64,000 nt of DNA, from contig MU008175.1 in the NCBI GenBank assembly GCA_010909165.1, forward strand, positions 310,001 to 374,000, given 5' to 3'. How positions within the stretch are numbered: position 1 is the stretch's first letter; each line of letters begins with the position of its first letter. The translations under genes and the position numbers were made by a program. Shown here piece by piece: positions 38,370 to 50,049 of this stretch. Under the pieces are notes generated by a model, which saw nothing but the letters and a program-made list of their open reading frames with translations, had not been told where the DNA came from and searched no databases. This stretch comes from Anthoceros angustus. Its lineage: Eukaryota > Plantae > Anthocerotophyta.

Positions 38370-38871
38370 GGCATGCGGTAGTGGGTCTAGTTTAGCAAGT
38401 TGTAAGTAGTGGTGGTAAGGCAACTTAGGGCTTAAGGAAGATAGTTGCTTTATGCGTTACTTTGGGAATAATGTAGGCCTCCTTATAAAAGGAGATGAGG
38501 CTAGCCTAGAGATGATCATCCTATGATCCTAGCATTTGGAGCCACACTCGTGAGGATAGGACTAAGGTGCCTACAGGCTTTGGGAGCCTAGAGTGTAAGC
38601 GTGCTAGAGGAGAGCTGTTGAGGAGGAGAGCGAGGGGAGAGAGAGTTAAGCTCATAGCTTAGGCAAAGATGGGAGCTCTCTCTAATCTCTCATGTATTCT
38701 TGTTGACTCTTGTTGGAGTGAAGAGCAGCGGCATAGGTATTGATTGCGAGTCGTCACGTGGGACGACGGTGGGAGGACAGCGGGCGACTTGGAGGCCTAG
38801 TGTTGGTGTCTAGTGATGTTATTGCCGCTAACTGCGTGATTGCCTCACCTCGCTGGAAAGGGGGTATTACT
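38361..38871 (+). repeat. Duplicated copy of the gypsy 3' LTR, missing its first ~12 bp
   Basis: Nearly identical to 35325-35834 and followed by the same flank TGAGCATAG, so it arose by the tandem duplication and is not a new insertion. Confidence 0.88.
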
Positions 38872-40190
38872 TGAGCATAGAATTGTAAGAGGTTATAAAA
38901 ATTGGTAAAAATTAAAATTTATCACGCATAATCTGATTTTTACGCTTTGATTCATATACACGTTATGGTTCGGCATGGTATCACTCCTTGAATAGTACCC
39001 AAAGTATGAGATGATGCATGTGTGCCTTTCCTAATTGAATAGCGGACTTTGAGTTTTATCTAGTGGATTTTTTTTACAAAGATGCCAGCATGAACGAGGA
39101 GAAATCAAAGATTATATTATTTATTTAAATTATTTGAATATAATATAATATAATTATCTAATAAAAATATTCTTTATTAGATCTAAGATGTCAACATGAG
39201 CGAGGAGAAATAAAAAATTATATCATTCATTTAAATTATTAAAAAAGATCTGATATAACTATCTAATTAAAAAAATATCCTTTATTGGATCCATCTTGGA
39301 TACAAGGCTTTTTTTCTCCATTCCCGCTTCTTCTCTAGGTCAGTTCAATTACGGTTATATTTATTTTTCTTTTCTACCAGTAAAACATGGGTTGTATACA
39401 TGTAAAAACATAAATTGAAGTCGGTAGACCAAAGAAACGGATGCATTAAAGGCATGTGGGAATGTGGCAATGTGGCAATTAAAGGCATGTGGCAATGTGG
39501 CAATCGTGGCACACTTCATCCTACGCCTCCGGCGACGTGAACATGATCCAGGTGGTTCTAGGAAAGCAGGAAAGGGATCCTCGATCCTCATGCTGGGCCC
39601 GCGCCAGCGGCGAAACAAAAGCAGGAGGCGGCGAATGGCGAATCCGTGCATCATCCTATGTATCTGGTGAGTTTGACGTGGCATAGGCATCCTCATCGGG
39701 CATAGTGGCGGGCCCCTCCTGGATCAGCGGAGTCTGAGCAGCTGCATTTCGCTTCCTTGGGAGAGGGTGCAAGAAATACCCGGCCCGTCTCCCGACGTCC
39801 CATGCAGCGTGCGCAACAGGCCCCTGTTGCGCCACTTTCGCCGCTTTCTTGCTGTGCCCTACTTGGTCTCGCTCCTCCGCAGCCTTCTCCATCGCCACAT
39901 CGGGATCGCCTGCGAGCCCTTCCGCTGCACCCGCCGCCTCGGTCTCCGTCTCGTCCAAGCTTGCGAACCGGGTGGGGAGAGGGGCCGCGGCGGAGCCTTC
40001 CTGTCCCGGCTGGAGCCCGAGTCTGCCGCGCCAGGAATGCGCTGAGCTGCCCTCTGCCCGCAATGCGGCCCGCCTCTGCGTGACTGGTGCATCAAGCCGT
40101 CCCCGTGCCCGGCTGCTTCGCTGTGCCGGCCAGCGGGACGGGAAATTGGGGAGGTGGGTGAAGGGAAGGAAGGGAAGCGGGTGGGCGCAG

Positions 40191-42979
40191 ATGGAATCGG
40201 GCCTGCTCACCGAGGAGCAGAGGCAGCTGCTGCGCTCCGCGTCGCAAGGGCGCGAGGCCGCCGCCGAGGTCGGCTCCCGAAGCATGCCGACGGCATCAAG
40301 CTCCTCAAGGCGAATGCCGGGGCGTCCGCCAAGGCCGGCGACAGGAAATCGCACTCCGGAAAGAACGGTCGTCCCAAGAAAGGTGCATTACCGCTTCTTT
40401 GCTGCCGAATGCGGCGTCATTGCTCCATGTCTGCCTCGGCCGAATTGCGGGTGGGAACTCTGGCTGTGACCTGACCCGGGGCGGGGATGGATGTGTGTCC
40501 GTTCAGGCGGCGGAGGCGGGAAGGGGACGTGGGGTACCCTGTTGGACTCTGATGGCAAGCTGCAGGTGGACCGGAACGACCCCAATTACGACAGTGAGGA
40601 GGTATGTTCGTGGGTTCTCCCGGCGGGTTCGGCTTGGCTTGTACTGGACTGGGCGTCGGGGAGGTTGCGTTAGTGATATGGGTTATTGTTTGCAGGAGCC
40701 GTACAAGCTGGTTGGAGCGCCCATTGCGCAGTCTCTGGAGCAGTACAAGGAGAAGGTGGTGGCGATCGTGGAGGAGTACTTTGTGGCGGACGATGTTGTG
40801 GAGGCGGCGGCGGGGCTGCGGGATCTTGGGTCCCCGAGTTACCATCACCATTTTGTGAAGAAGCTTGTGTCCATGGCGCTGGACAGGCACGATCGGGAGA
40901 AGGAGATGGCGTCCGTTTGCTGTCGGCGCTGTACGCGGATGTCATCCAGGCGGACCAGGTGGCCAAGGGCTTCACCAAGCTGCTGGAGGCGGCGGATGAC
41001 CTGGCTCTGGACATTCCTGATGCTGCGGATATTCTGGCCCTGTTTCTGGCTCGTTCTGTGGTGGATGATATTCTGCCGCCGGTGTTTCTGTCCAAGACGG
41101 TGAAGTTGCTGCCGGAGGGCTCGCTGGGGGTGGAGGTGATCCAGAAGGCTGACAAGACCTACTTGCTGGCTCCGCACCATGCAGAGATCGTGGAGCGGCG
41201 GTGGGAGGTACTACGCATGTAACAGTCGAGGAGATGAAGAGGCGGATCGGGGAGTTGCTGAGCGAGTATGTGGAGAGCGGGGATAAGGCGGAAGCTTGTC
41301 GGTCTATACGGGAGCTCAATGTGCCGTTTTTTCATCACGAGGTTGTGAAGAAGGCGCTCACTCTTGCCATGGAGAAGAGGAAGGCGGAGCCTCTGATTTT
41401 GTCTTTGCTGCATGAGACTGCTGACGAGGGTTTGATTACCTCTAGTCAGATGTCCAAGGGTTTCACCAGGCTGAGTGATGCGCTTGAGGACCTGGCTCTT
41501 GATATTCCTCATGCCAAGGAGATGTGGCCGGGGCTTGTGAGTAAGGCGAAGGAGGACGGGTGGCTCAGCTCCGCGTTTGCTGCTGCTTCGCATGAGCCTA
41601 CAGACGGCAAGCGCAATGGTAGCGTTGGTGCACGTGGGGGAGGTGCGGCTCATGTGTCTGTGGAGGAGACGGAGAACGGCATCCGTCAGTTGCTCCGTGA
41701 GTATGTTGAGAGCGGGGATAATGCAGAAGCTTGCCGATCTATCCGTGACCTGGATGTGCCTTTTTTCCACCATGAGGTTGTGAAGCAGGCACTGTCTATT
41801 GCTGTGGAGAAGGGTGAGGCGGAACCCCGTATCTTCTCCTTGTTGCAGGAAGCTGCTGAGGAGGGTTTGATCACCTCTAGTCAGATGTCGAAGGGCTTCA
41901 CAAGGTTTCTTGATGCAGTTGGCGACTTGCCTGTAGATGCTGCTCGTGCCAAAGAGGTGTCTCAATCTCTCGTGGCCAAGGCGAAGGAAGCTGGCTGGCT
42001 GGGCCACACATTTACTAGGACCATATCTTCGGATCTTGCTGCGTGGAGATTCAAGCAGAGTGCTACCACTATTATTCAGGAGTACTTCCTGTCGGATGAT
42101 ATAGCTGAAGTCATCATGAGCTTGGAAGATCTGGCTGCCCCTGAATTCTATGCCGTATTTGTCAAGCAGCTGGTGACCCGTGCTATGGACAGAAAGAACC
42201 ATGAGAAAGAGATGGCCTCTGTCCTGGTATCTGCACTGTATGCAGAAGTAATTCCTGTGGAACAAATTCGCAGAGGCTTCATTCTGTTGCTCGAGTCAGC
42301 AGAGGACACTGCTTTGGATATTCCTGATGCTGCCAACCAGCTAGCCTTATTCTTGTCAAGGGCCGTTGTGGATGACGTACTGGCCCCTCTGGATCTTGCA
42401 GATATCGATGAGCAACTCGAGGGGAAGAGTCTTGGTAGGGAAATTGTGCACAGTGCTCGTGCACTACTCTCTGCCCGTCATGCAGGGGAGCGAGTTCTGC
42501 GATGCTGGGGTGGAGGCACTGGGCGGGCTGTTGAGGATGCCCGAGACAAGATCATCAAACTGCTTGAGGAATTTGCGGCTGGTGGGGAGCTGCTGGAGGC
42601 ATGCCAATGCATCCGTGATCTGAACATGTCCTCCTTCCACCACGAGGTCGTCAAGAGAGCACTCCTTATGGCAATGGAGAAGAAGAGTGATCGCCTGTTG
42701 TCCCTTCTGCAAGAATGTTCCAGTGAAGGTTTGATAACCACTAGCCAGATGCTGAAAGGCTTTACCCGGGTAGCCGATGCCCTGGACGACTTTGCACTAG
42801 ATTTTCCCGCGGCCGAAGGAAAGTTTGCCTCCATTGTCAAGCAAGCCAAGGAGGCTGGATGGCTCAGTGCTGCTTTTGCTCTGGATACCAAGTCAGTTCT
42901 TCCCAATGGAGTCGAGAACGGGAGTGCTGTGCACGCGAATGGCAACGGAATTGGTCAACCAAGCAAGGCTTCCCACTAG
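40191..42979 (+). CDS. MRF: MA3-domain translation regulatory factor (PDCD4/MRF family) with five MA3 domains
   Basis: Plant MRF signature KKGGGGGKGTWG..DRNDPNYDS; MA3 repeats with HHEVVKKAL/GLITSSQMxKGF. Three apparent frameshifts (~40279, ~40917, ~41205) are homopolymer deletions that are intact in the upstream copy. Confidence 0.92.
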
Positions 42980-43648
42980 TGGTTGTGCTTCAGTCAGAAC
43001 AACGTGACAAAAGCCGGTACCCCAATTCACTCGTGGTTTCTGCAGCTGTACAGTTCATCAAAGGTTGAAGATGCTCCTATCGAAAGAGAACAAGGAATCT
43101 TGTCCTCTCTTTGGATTCTGGTAGCCGCAGGGCAGACAATCTTTAAAGCTCATATCCGTGAAAAACTTCCGAGTGCAGCCGAAGGCTCCCCCAAAACTTG
43201 TACATATTTCAGCGGAATCCAGATCCAAACTGCGGTCCGCTGACCTGGTCTATGTTTCGAATTTTGCTGCCATACACACATCGCTGTCGTAGAACATGAG
43301 TGCACTACACTGTATCCCAAAATTATTCCGAAATCTGTACACCGACTGCTTCAAAGACAAAATCAATGATGACAAAGGAGTTTTTTGTGCAATGATAGCA
43401 AAGGAGTTTCTTTGAGACCGCTGATATACTGGCGCACTCCCGGCCCACCACTATGAGTGGTTAGCAAATTCGTGGTCATCAAAATCTTATGCAGTATTAA
43501 TATGTCATTAGAAAGGGCATTTAAAATAAGGAGTTTTTGGTATCTTCTTTGTGGTAATTCGACCTAGGAAACCTGAGAAAGTCGAACGTCTCATCCTACA
43601 CGACAACGCGTAAAAATGTATCTTTGCACAAAGCTCTTTTCATGGGCT

Positions 43649-43933
43649 ACATGTGTTTCATTTGAACTCCAAAATATCTTTGCAGAAAGCTCTTTTCATG
43701 GGCTACAAATGAAATATCATGTGTTTCATTTGAACTCCAAAATCACGAGATATCGACGTATGTTGATTAGAACGATTGTATGGCATTTTATGCTAACTTG
43801 CGGTTTGTCCTTTCACAACTCCACACCCATGGCTCTCCCAAATGAAATATCATGCATTTCATTTGAAGTCTGTCAACTCCACACCCATGGCTCTCCCAAA
43901 TGAAATATCATGTGTTTCATTTGAAGTCTGTCA
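43649..43933. repeat. Array of 3-4 hairpin-forming repeats CAAATGAAA-N9-TTTCATTTG
   Basis: Copies at ~43706, ~43839 and ~43897 plus a half copy at ~43650; 9-bp perfect stem; spacers partly repeated (AACTCCACACCCATGGCTCTCC). Confidence 0.8.
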
Positions 43934-44925
43934 TGCCGTGTGACACTAATCTGAGCGCTTGGGTTTAGTGTTTGATTAACGTTAATTAACTTATTACTTA
44001 TCTTTAAGTATTATTATTAATTAATCGAAATTACTTATATTAATTAAGTATTGATCATGTTAATTGAACATTGTTAGCAATAGTTAAGTGGATAAGCACA
44101 AGTAATATGCTTTAGCATATTCCCTGTATATTATAGTGTATTCTTAGGATATTTCCGGCATATGCTGATGCCAATAGGATATCTTAGGAATATGCCGATG
44201 CTAAGGCTAGTATATATAGACCCTTTCAGAAAAGACAAGCTCAGATCATAGCTTGTCCTCTAGATATGCAATGCAACAGTGTTGTGAGGAGGCCAAAGCT
44301 ATGACTTCGAGAGCGATGTGTGAGGAATTTGCGTGTTGTTTTCGTGGGGAGAGTGTGTTTGTGCCACGACGTGTGAACTACTCTCTCCTATTGTTACAAG
44401 CTATGATTTGCTATGTACGTTATATAGGCATGCTAGGATTGATAAGCTTGCTAGGCAAGTTAGGCGATGCTAGGCCACGCAAGGCTTAATGTGCTAGGCT
44501 TGTTAGGCGTGCTAGTGTACTAGGCTTGTTAGGCGCGCTAGTGTACTAGGCTTGTTAGGCGTGCTAGTGTACTAGGCTTGTTAGGCGCGCTAGTGTACTA
44601 GGCTTGTTAGGCGTGCTAGTGTGCTAAGTGTGTTAGGTGATGCTAGGCCGTGCTAGGCTTAGTGTGCTAGGCTTGCTAAGAAGATGCTAGGCTTGCTAAG
44701 GTGATGCTAGGCCGTGCTTGGCTTAGTGTGCTAGGCTTGCTAAGAAGATGCTAGGCTTGCTAAGGTGATGCTAGGCCGTGCTAGGCTTAGTGTGCTAGGC
44801 TTGCTAAGAAGATGCTAGGCTTGCTAAGGTGATGCTAGGCCATGCTAGGCTTAGTGTGCTAGGCTTGCTAAGAAGATGCTAGGCTATGCTTAGCTCTTTA
44901 CGCAAGTAGGCAAGGGACCCTCTAA
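43929..44925. repeat. Left part of a long LTR-like sequence with CTAGG-rich tandem repeats, split by the Sola2-like element
   Basis: TGTCA start; (GTGCTAGGCTTG..)n repeats 44480-44890 recur at 56350-56500; continues at 55798. Confidence 0.55.
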
Positions 44926-46849
44926 GGGTGTCCATGCGCTTTAGTGTGCACGCAGATAAAAAGCGGTTGTGTCATTTGGTCACATGGACCCTACTCTGTA
45001 TCACCTTCAAAATTACACAGGAAGGAACCTCATGAGAACATAAAAATGTGCTCCGCGTGTTTTCTTTTGTGAGGCAAGAACGATCATAACCATAACGCGG
45101 ACTTCCTTCGCCCATTGTATACGCCATCCCGTTGATGTCAATGGACACGGTGGGTCTTGCTTTGGGATGCATTCATGGCATATGTTCTTGAATTGATGTG
45201 AAAAGCTTGTTCTGCGGTGTGGAGCGTACATCGCGATACGGTGCAAATGCACGGAGAGGAGGCGGAGGCGGTGCGCGTGCGATCGTGTGGCAAGGTTTCC
45301 GGCATGGATTGTGTAGGAATCGCCGATTGTGCGAGGAATAGCCGACTTGTGACGGTGGAAGTTTCTCAAGCTGATTGGGGTGGTTACGCCCATGATGGCC
45401 CGCTCTCCTTGTAGTCAGCGGTATTGTGAGGAAGGCGTCTGCGGGGAGGCAAGCTTTGGCGGAAATGCGAGCAGTAAAAATAGGAATGAACGGTGGACAT
45501 AGTAGCAGTGCGGCAACATCAGCCTCCACCTCCACAAGCCGAGTGCGTGTCTGGCGCGATGCAGCGCGTTATTTCAAGGTCGTTGGGGTTGATACACACA
45601 ATCTCGCGCCCGGCAACTAGCAAGGAGCTTGGAGCAATTCTTGCGGATGACAAGTGAGTTCTCGAAATGTCGTAGTGAGATCTATAGTACTTTTGAAGAG
45701 CTTCCTCTGCTGAAGGACTTTCGTACTCCCGACTGGGAAAGATGAAGAGTTGTTTCTTGTTCTCATGAGGAATATGAGCCTGACATGTAAGAATTTGAAG
45801 GATGTTCGGTCGGCGATCACTGCAGCGCAATCGCTCTGGAATATCATTTTGTCGCGGGTCGGATGACCATCGATTCCCACAGCCAAGCACATTGGTGTGA
45901 GTCGGAGCGGATCCGATCTGCTGAAAGTGCGGGGTGGGAAGGATTGTCGGGCCAAGGTATGTGGTGCGGGTCCGGAAGGAAGCTTAGGTCGATGTGATCT
46001 CGGATGATGTGAAAGCCACGTGCAGTGCAGGAGCTCGCTCTCGACCTTCCTCCAACACAAAGGACACCAAGCGCCTACGTCTGGACCAAACACTTTTGAC
46101 CAGCACATCATCCACTTCTTGGATACTTCACGGTGAGATGAATATCATCGGATTCCATGCTTGTGTTGTGAGTGCGAACCTTCATCTGCTACTCCCTCAC
46201 CTTCCATGCTTGTTTGTACTTCACGGTGTCGTTATATGTTAGCACTACCTTCCAAATTCATGTTTGACTCTTGGGCATGATGGTATTGTCGGTAAGGGTG
46301 TTCACGTAGGCTTCTCGTAGGCATACTGGTGTTGTGATTTAGGGACCGGTGATATGGGGTGGACAGATTGGTGTTCAGCAGAAGGGCTATGTGATGCACC
46401 TATGGCCTTGTGATGGTTTGGGCTGATTGGTGATGCTGATTCCTGCAGCCTGGTTATGTTTGGGCCGACAAGTGCTGGGTTCCCCGGTTTGGTGTGGGGA
46501 GGACGGCGGGTGTTGTGGTTGCCGCCCGCATGATTGGGGTGGTCGCCTGGGTGATTTTAGTGGACGCGTGGATGATGTGCGGGACAGCTGGTGATGTGGT
46601 GGTCTGGCTGTCTTGTTGATGGATGCGTTGGTGATGTGGATGATGGCATGGTGATAAGGTGGACGGATTGGTGATGTCATGGAGTAGGTGGAGCTCTGTT
46701 TGCAGCCCTTAGTGATGTGGTGGATGTGTTGGTGTTGTGGATGATGGAATGGTGATCACATGCGGTTTGGTGATGTTTTGGAGTTGTTCCATTTTAGTTG
46801 GCATCACTTGGTGACCTCGTGTCGTCGTTGGAAGTGTGTTGCACGTTTT

Positions 46850-49700
46850 GATATTGGCCATCCCATCGGTGATACCACCGCAGGATGTATGTAATGAAAT
46901 CGCTTCGTGATGTGTGCGACAATTCTACTGCGGTTCTGCGAAAATCGACATTTCAATTGGGCAGCGAACTTTTGAGAAATTGAAGCCGTATTTTGTGAAG
47001 AACTGCGAGCGGAACTTGTCTTTATTCTTGTCATGTGGAAATGGCCTTTCTCAACGCTTTCAATGCTATGCGGTTGTCTTTCAAGTGTGCATCCGAGGTC
47101 AATGTCATGTCATGTGACATATGTGCTCCCCAAGAAGGTGACGGGCTTGTTCAAGAGTGTAGTGCGCAACACATGTGTTGTATCTGAGGATGTTGTCGAA
47201 ATTGCTTTGTGTGCGGAAGGAGGCGGATGGCACAACCTCGCATGTTTGGGCACTTGTGGCCGTGGGGTGGGGCAAATTGGCTTCATCGCCTCGACCTTCC
47301 TCCAACACAAAGGACACCAAGCGCCTACGTCTGGACCAAACACTTTTGACCAGCACATCATCCACTTCTTGGATACTTCACGGTGAGATGAATGTCATGC
47401 ACGGATTCCATGCTTGTGTTGTGAGTGCGAACCTTCATGTGCTACTCCCTCACCTTCCATGCTTGTTTGTACTTCACGGTGTCGTTATATGTTAGCACTA
47501 CCTTCCAAATTCGTGTTTGACTCTTGGGCATGATGGTATTGGGGTCGATGAGGGTGTTCACGTAGGCTTCTCGTAGCATCTTGGTGTTGTGATTTAGGGA
47601 CCCGGTGATATGGGGTGGATTGGTGTTGAGCGGAAGGGCTATGTGATGCACCTATGGCCTTGTGATGGTTTGGGCTGATTGGTGATGTTGATTCCTGACT
47701 GGTTATGTTTGGGCGGCAAGGGTTCCCAGTTTGGTGTGGGGAGGACGGGGGTGTTGTGGTTGCGTATTGGGGTGGTCGCTGGGTGATTTTAGTGGCGTGG
47801 ATGATGTCGGGACATTGGTGATGTGGTGGTCAGCTATCTTGTTGATTGATCGTTGGTGATGTGGATGATGGCATGGTGATAAGGTGGACGGATTGGTGAT
47901 GTCATGGAGTAGGTGGAGCTACATTTGCAGCCTTAGTGATGTGGTGGATGTGTTGGTGTTGTGGATGATGGAATGGTGATCACACATGCGGTTTGGTGAT
48001 GTTTTGGAGTTGTTCCATTTTAGTTGGCATCACTTGGTGACCTCGTGTCCGTCGTTGGAAGTGTGTTGCACGTTTTGATATTGGCCATCCCATCGGTGAT
48101 ACCACTCTGCAGGAGATGTAATGAAATCGTTGTGATGTGTGCGAGAATTCTACTGCGGTTCTGCGAAGAGCATCGACATTTCAATTGGGCAGCGAACTTT
48201 TGAGAAATTGAAGCCGTATTTTGTGAAGAGCTGCGGAACTTGTCTTTATTCGGTATCATGGAAATGGCCTTTCTCAAGGCGCTTTCAATGCTATGCGGTT
48301 GTCTTTCAAGTGTGCATCCAGTCAATGTCATTGTCCATGTGACATATGTGCTCCCCAAGAAGGTGGGCTTGTTCAAGAGTGTAGTGCAACACATGTGTTG
48401 TATCTGAGGATGTTGTCGAAATTGCTTTGTGTGTGCGAAGGAGGCAAAGCGGATGGCACAACCTCGCATGTTTGAGCACTTGTGGCGGCTGTGGGGTGGG
48501 GCAAATTGGCCCCGAGTCATCGAATGATAAGCTTCCTCGGTCCTCCTCGGTGGCGCGTTTTCAATACCAAGTCGTTGGTTCGACCAAGATGGGGCATGAA
48601 GAAGCGGATCAAACTTGTTTTCATGGAGACTCATCCGGTGATTTTGTCATGTACTTGAAAGAAAAATTGAAAGAGTTCATCACGCGATTTTGTGCGCGAT
48701 AGCAAGGTTGGAATTTCGGCTTGAGTGGTTCCGTGATGTTGTCTGTCATGGACTTGATCGAACTATCGTTTGGTGTTCAAAGCGAAATTCAATCTATGCA
48801 TTGGCATAATGACCGTTTCGATTTTTGTCTTGGTGTTCTATAGGAGGACGGGTCCAATTGATGCACAGAACCGGCTGCTAACATCGACAAATACTATCAC
48901 TTCTACATCGGTGATGATATGGTCCACGATACCTTTTATGCATCGCCTCATGTTGCATTGGCGTGGATGCGTGATTCAGGTTTCGGTGCCGGGAACATTG
49001 GTGTTGGTCGATGGGGCAGCTAGTCAATTTAAAGCATGTAGGCCTTCTTACTTTGTTGCGGTACCTAAGCTTGACTGGTGGTTGCAAGATGCTATGGTCG
49101 TTCTTTTGGCGGTGGGGCATGGCGAACATGACGGGCAGTGCAATCTTGAAAAGGGCATTGCGGTGCGAGTCCTCTCCAGATGCTCCTCATTGCGAGCCGC
49201 CTCGATGTTGTCACCTAGAGAGAACATCTCGGCCCGGTGCAACGTCGTCTGAAGTGGAGCATGTCCATAGGAGCTTCGGTGATTGGGAAAACCGAGGTGA
49301 GCAGGAGGAACAAGTTTAATTGTGACCCAATACAGGTCAAAAAATGCATAGCATATATGGTTTCGTTATGACCCAACTCAATGAAAATCGCATGTTGGCA
49401 TGTATACGTCTTGTTGTCTTGAAATCGGCATTCTCTATGTAAGCCCATGCAGGATCTGAGACTCGTATCCATTAGGCCACATGGACAACCCACGGAGCCG
49501 TACTCGGAGAAGAGGCGGGATCTTGAGTGTGGGATACCTTCGCGGTTTGCTACTCGGGAGGAACAAGGAGCTTTGGAAACTACGTTGATGGCCTTGGATG
49601 ATGCTATGGAGGATGTCGGACATGGCCGACCTCCTAGAAGTTGGTGATCGTTTGTTGTACGCCGACGCCGAGGCGAGGGGCAACTCAACATTAAGTGGGA
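46850..49700 (+). pseudogene. Sola2-type DDD transposase, frameshifted, with an internal ~1.23-kb tandem duplication (46060-47288 / 47289-48510)
   Basis: SIGQRTFEKLKPYFVK..ERN; KLKEFIT; SVMD..EIQSMHW; DGAASQFKACRPSYFVA; LTGGCKMLWSFF..GHG.HDG..AILKRALR. Confidence 0.75.
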
Positions 49701-50049
49701 GAAGTGGTTATGCATGGCCCATTACACACACTCCACACGGCGTCTGTGTACACCTGTGAAGAGAATGAGGTGCACCCTTCATGCCGTGTCCTAAGTTGCA
49801 AGATTGAATTGCGGGGTGGATAGTGAAGGTGTGGAGTGCTATTCTTTAGAGGGGAAGCTCTCGGAGTGACCACCTTGGTAAGAGAAAGCAACTCGAGCCT
49901 TGTGCTAGAAAGCACATGTGCGTAATGATTGGTCTCCTCTATTGTACGAGGCCCACGTTTGGCAAACATAACCACGACCACCAAGCTGGTCACTAACTAT
50001 TTGCTCACTAACCGGTTGTCACTAACCGTGGCGTTCACGAAGTTATTTT

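Larger units (their letters stand above)
35325..41408 (+). repeat. Tandem duplication of ~3.04 kb (35325-38360 and 38361-41408): LTR remainder, promoter and 5' half of the MA3 gene
   Basis: Near-identical copies; TGCATGAGA at 35325, 38361 and 41409 marks the junction microhomology. Confidence 0.9.

Noticed and set aside
38361-38871. Independent solo-LTR insertion into the MRF gene
   Set aside because: It lacks the LTR's first bases and a TSD, and shares its downstream flank with the 35313-35834 LTR; explained by the tandem duplication.
37458-42265. Long minus-strand ORFs (277 and 368 aa) opposite the MA3 exons
   Set aside because: Shadow ORFs caused by the GC3-rich codon usage of the sense gene.
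43649-43933. CRISPR-like array of palindromic repeats
   Set aside because: Spacers are unequal and partly identical, there are only 3-4 repeats, no cas genes, and the context is a plant nuclear genome.
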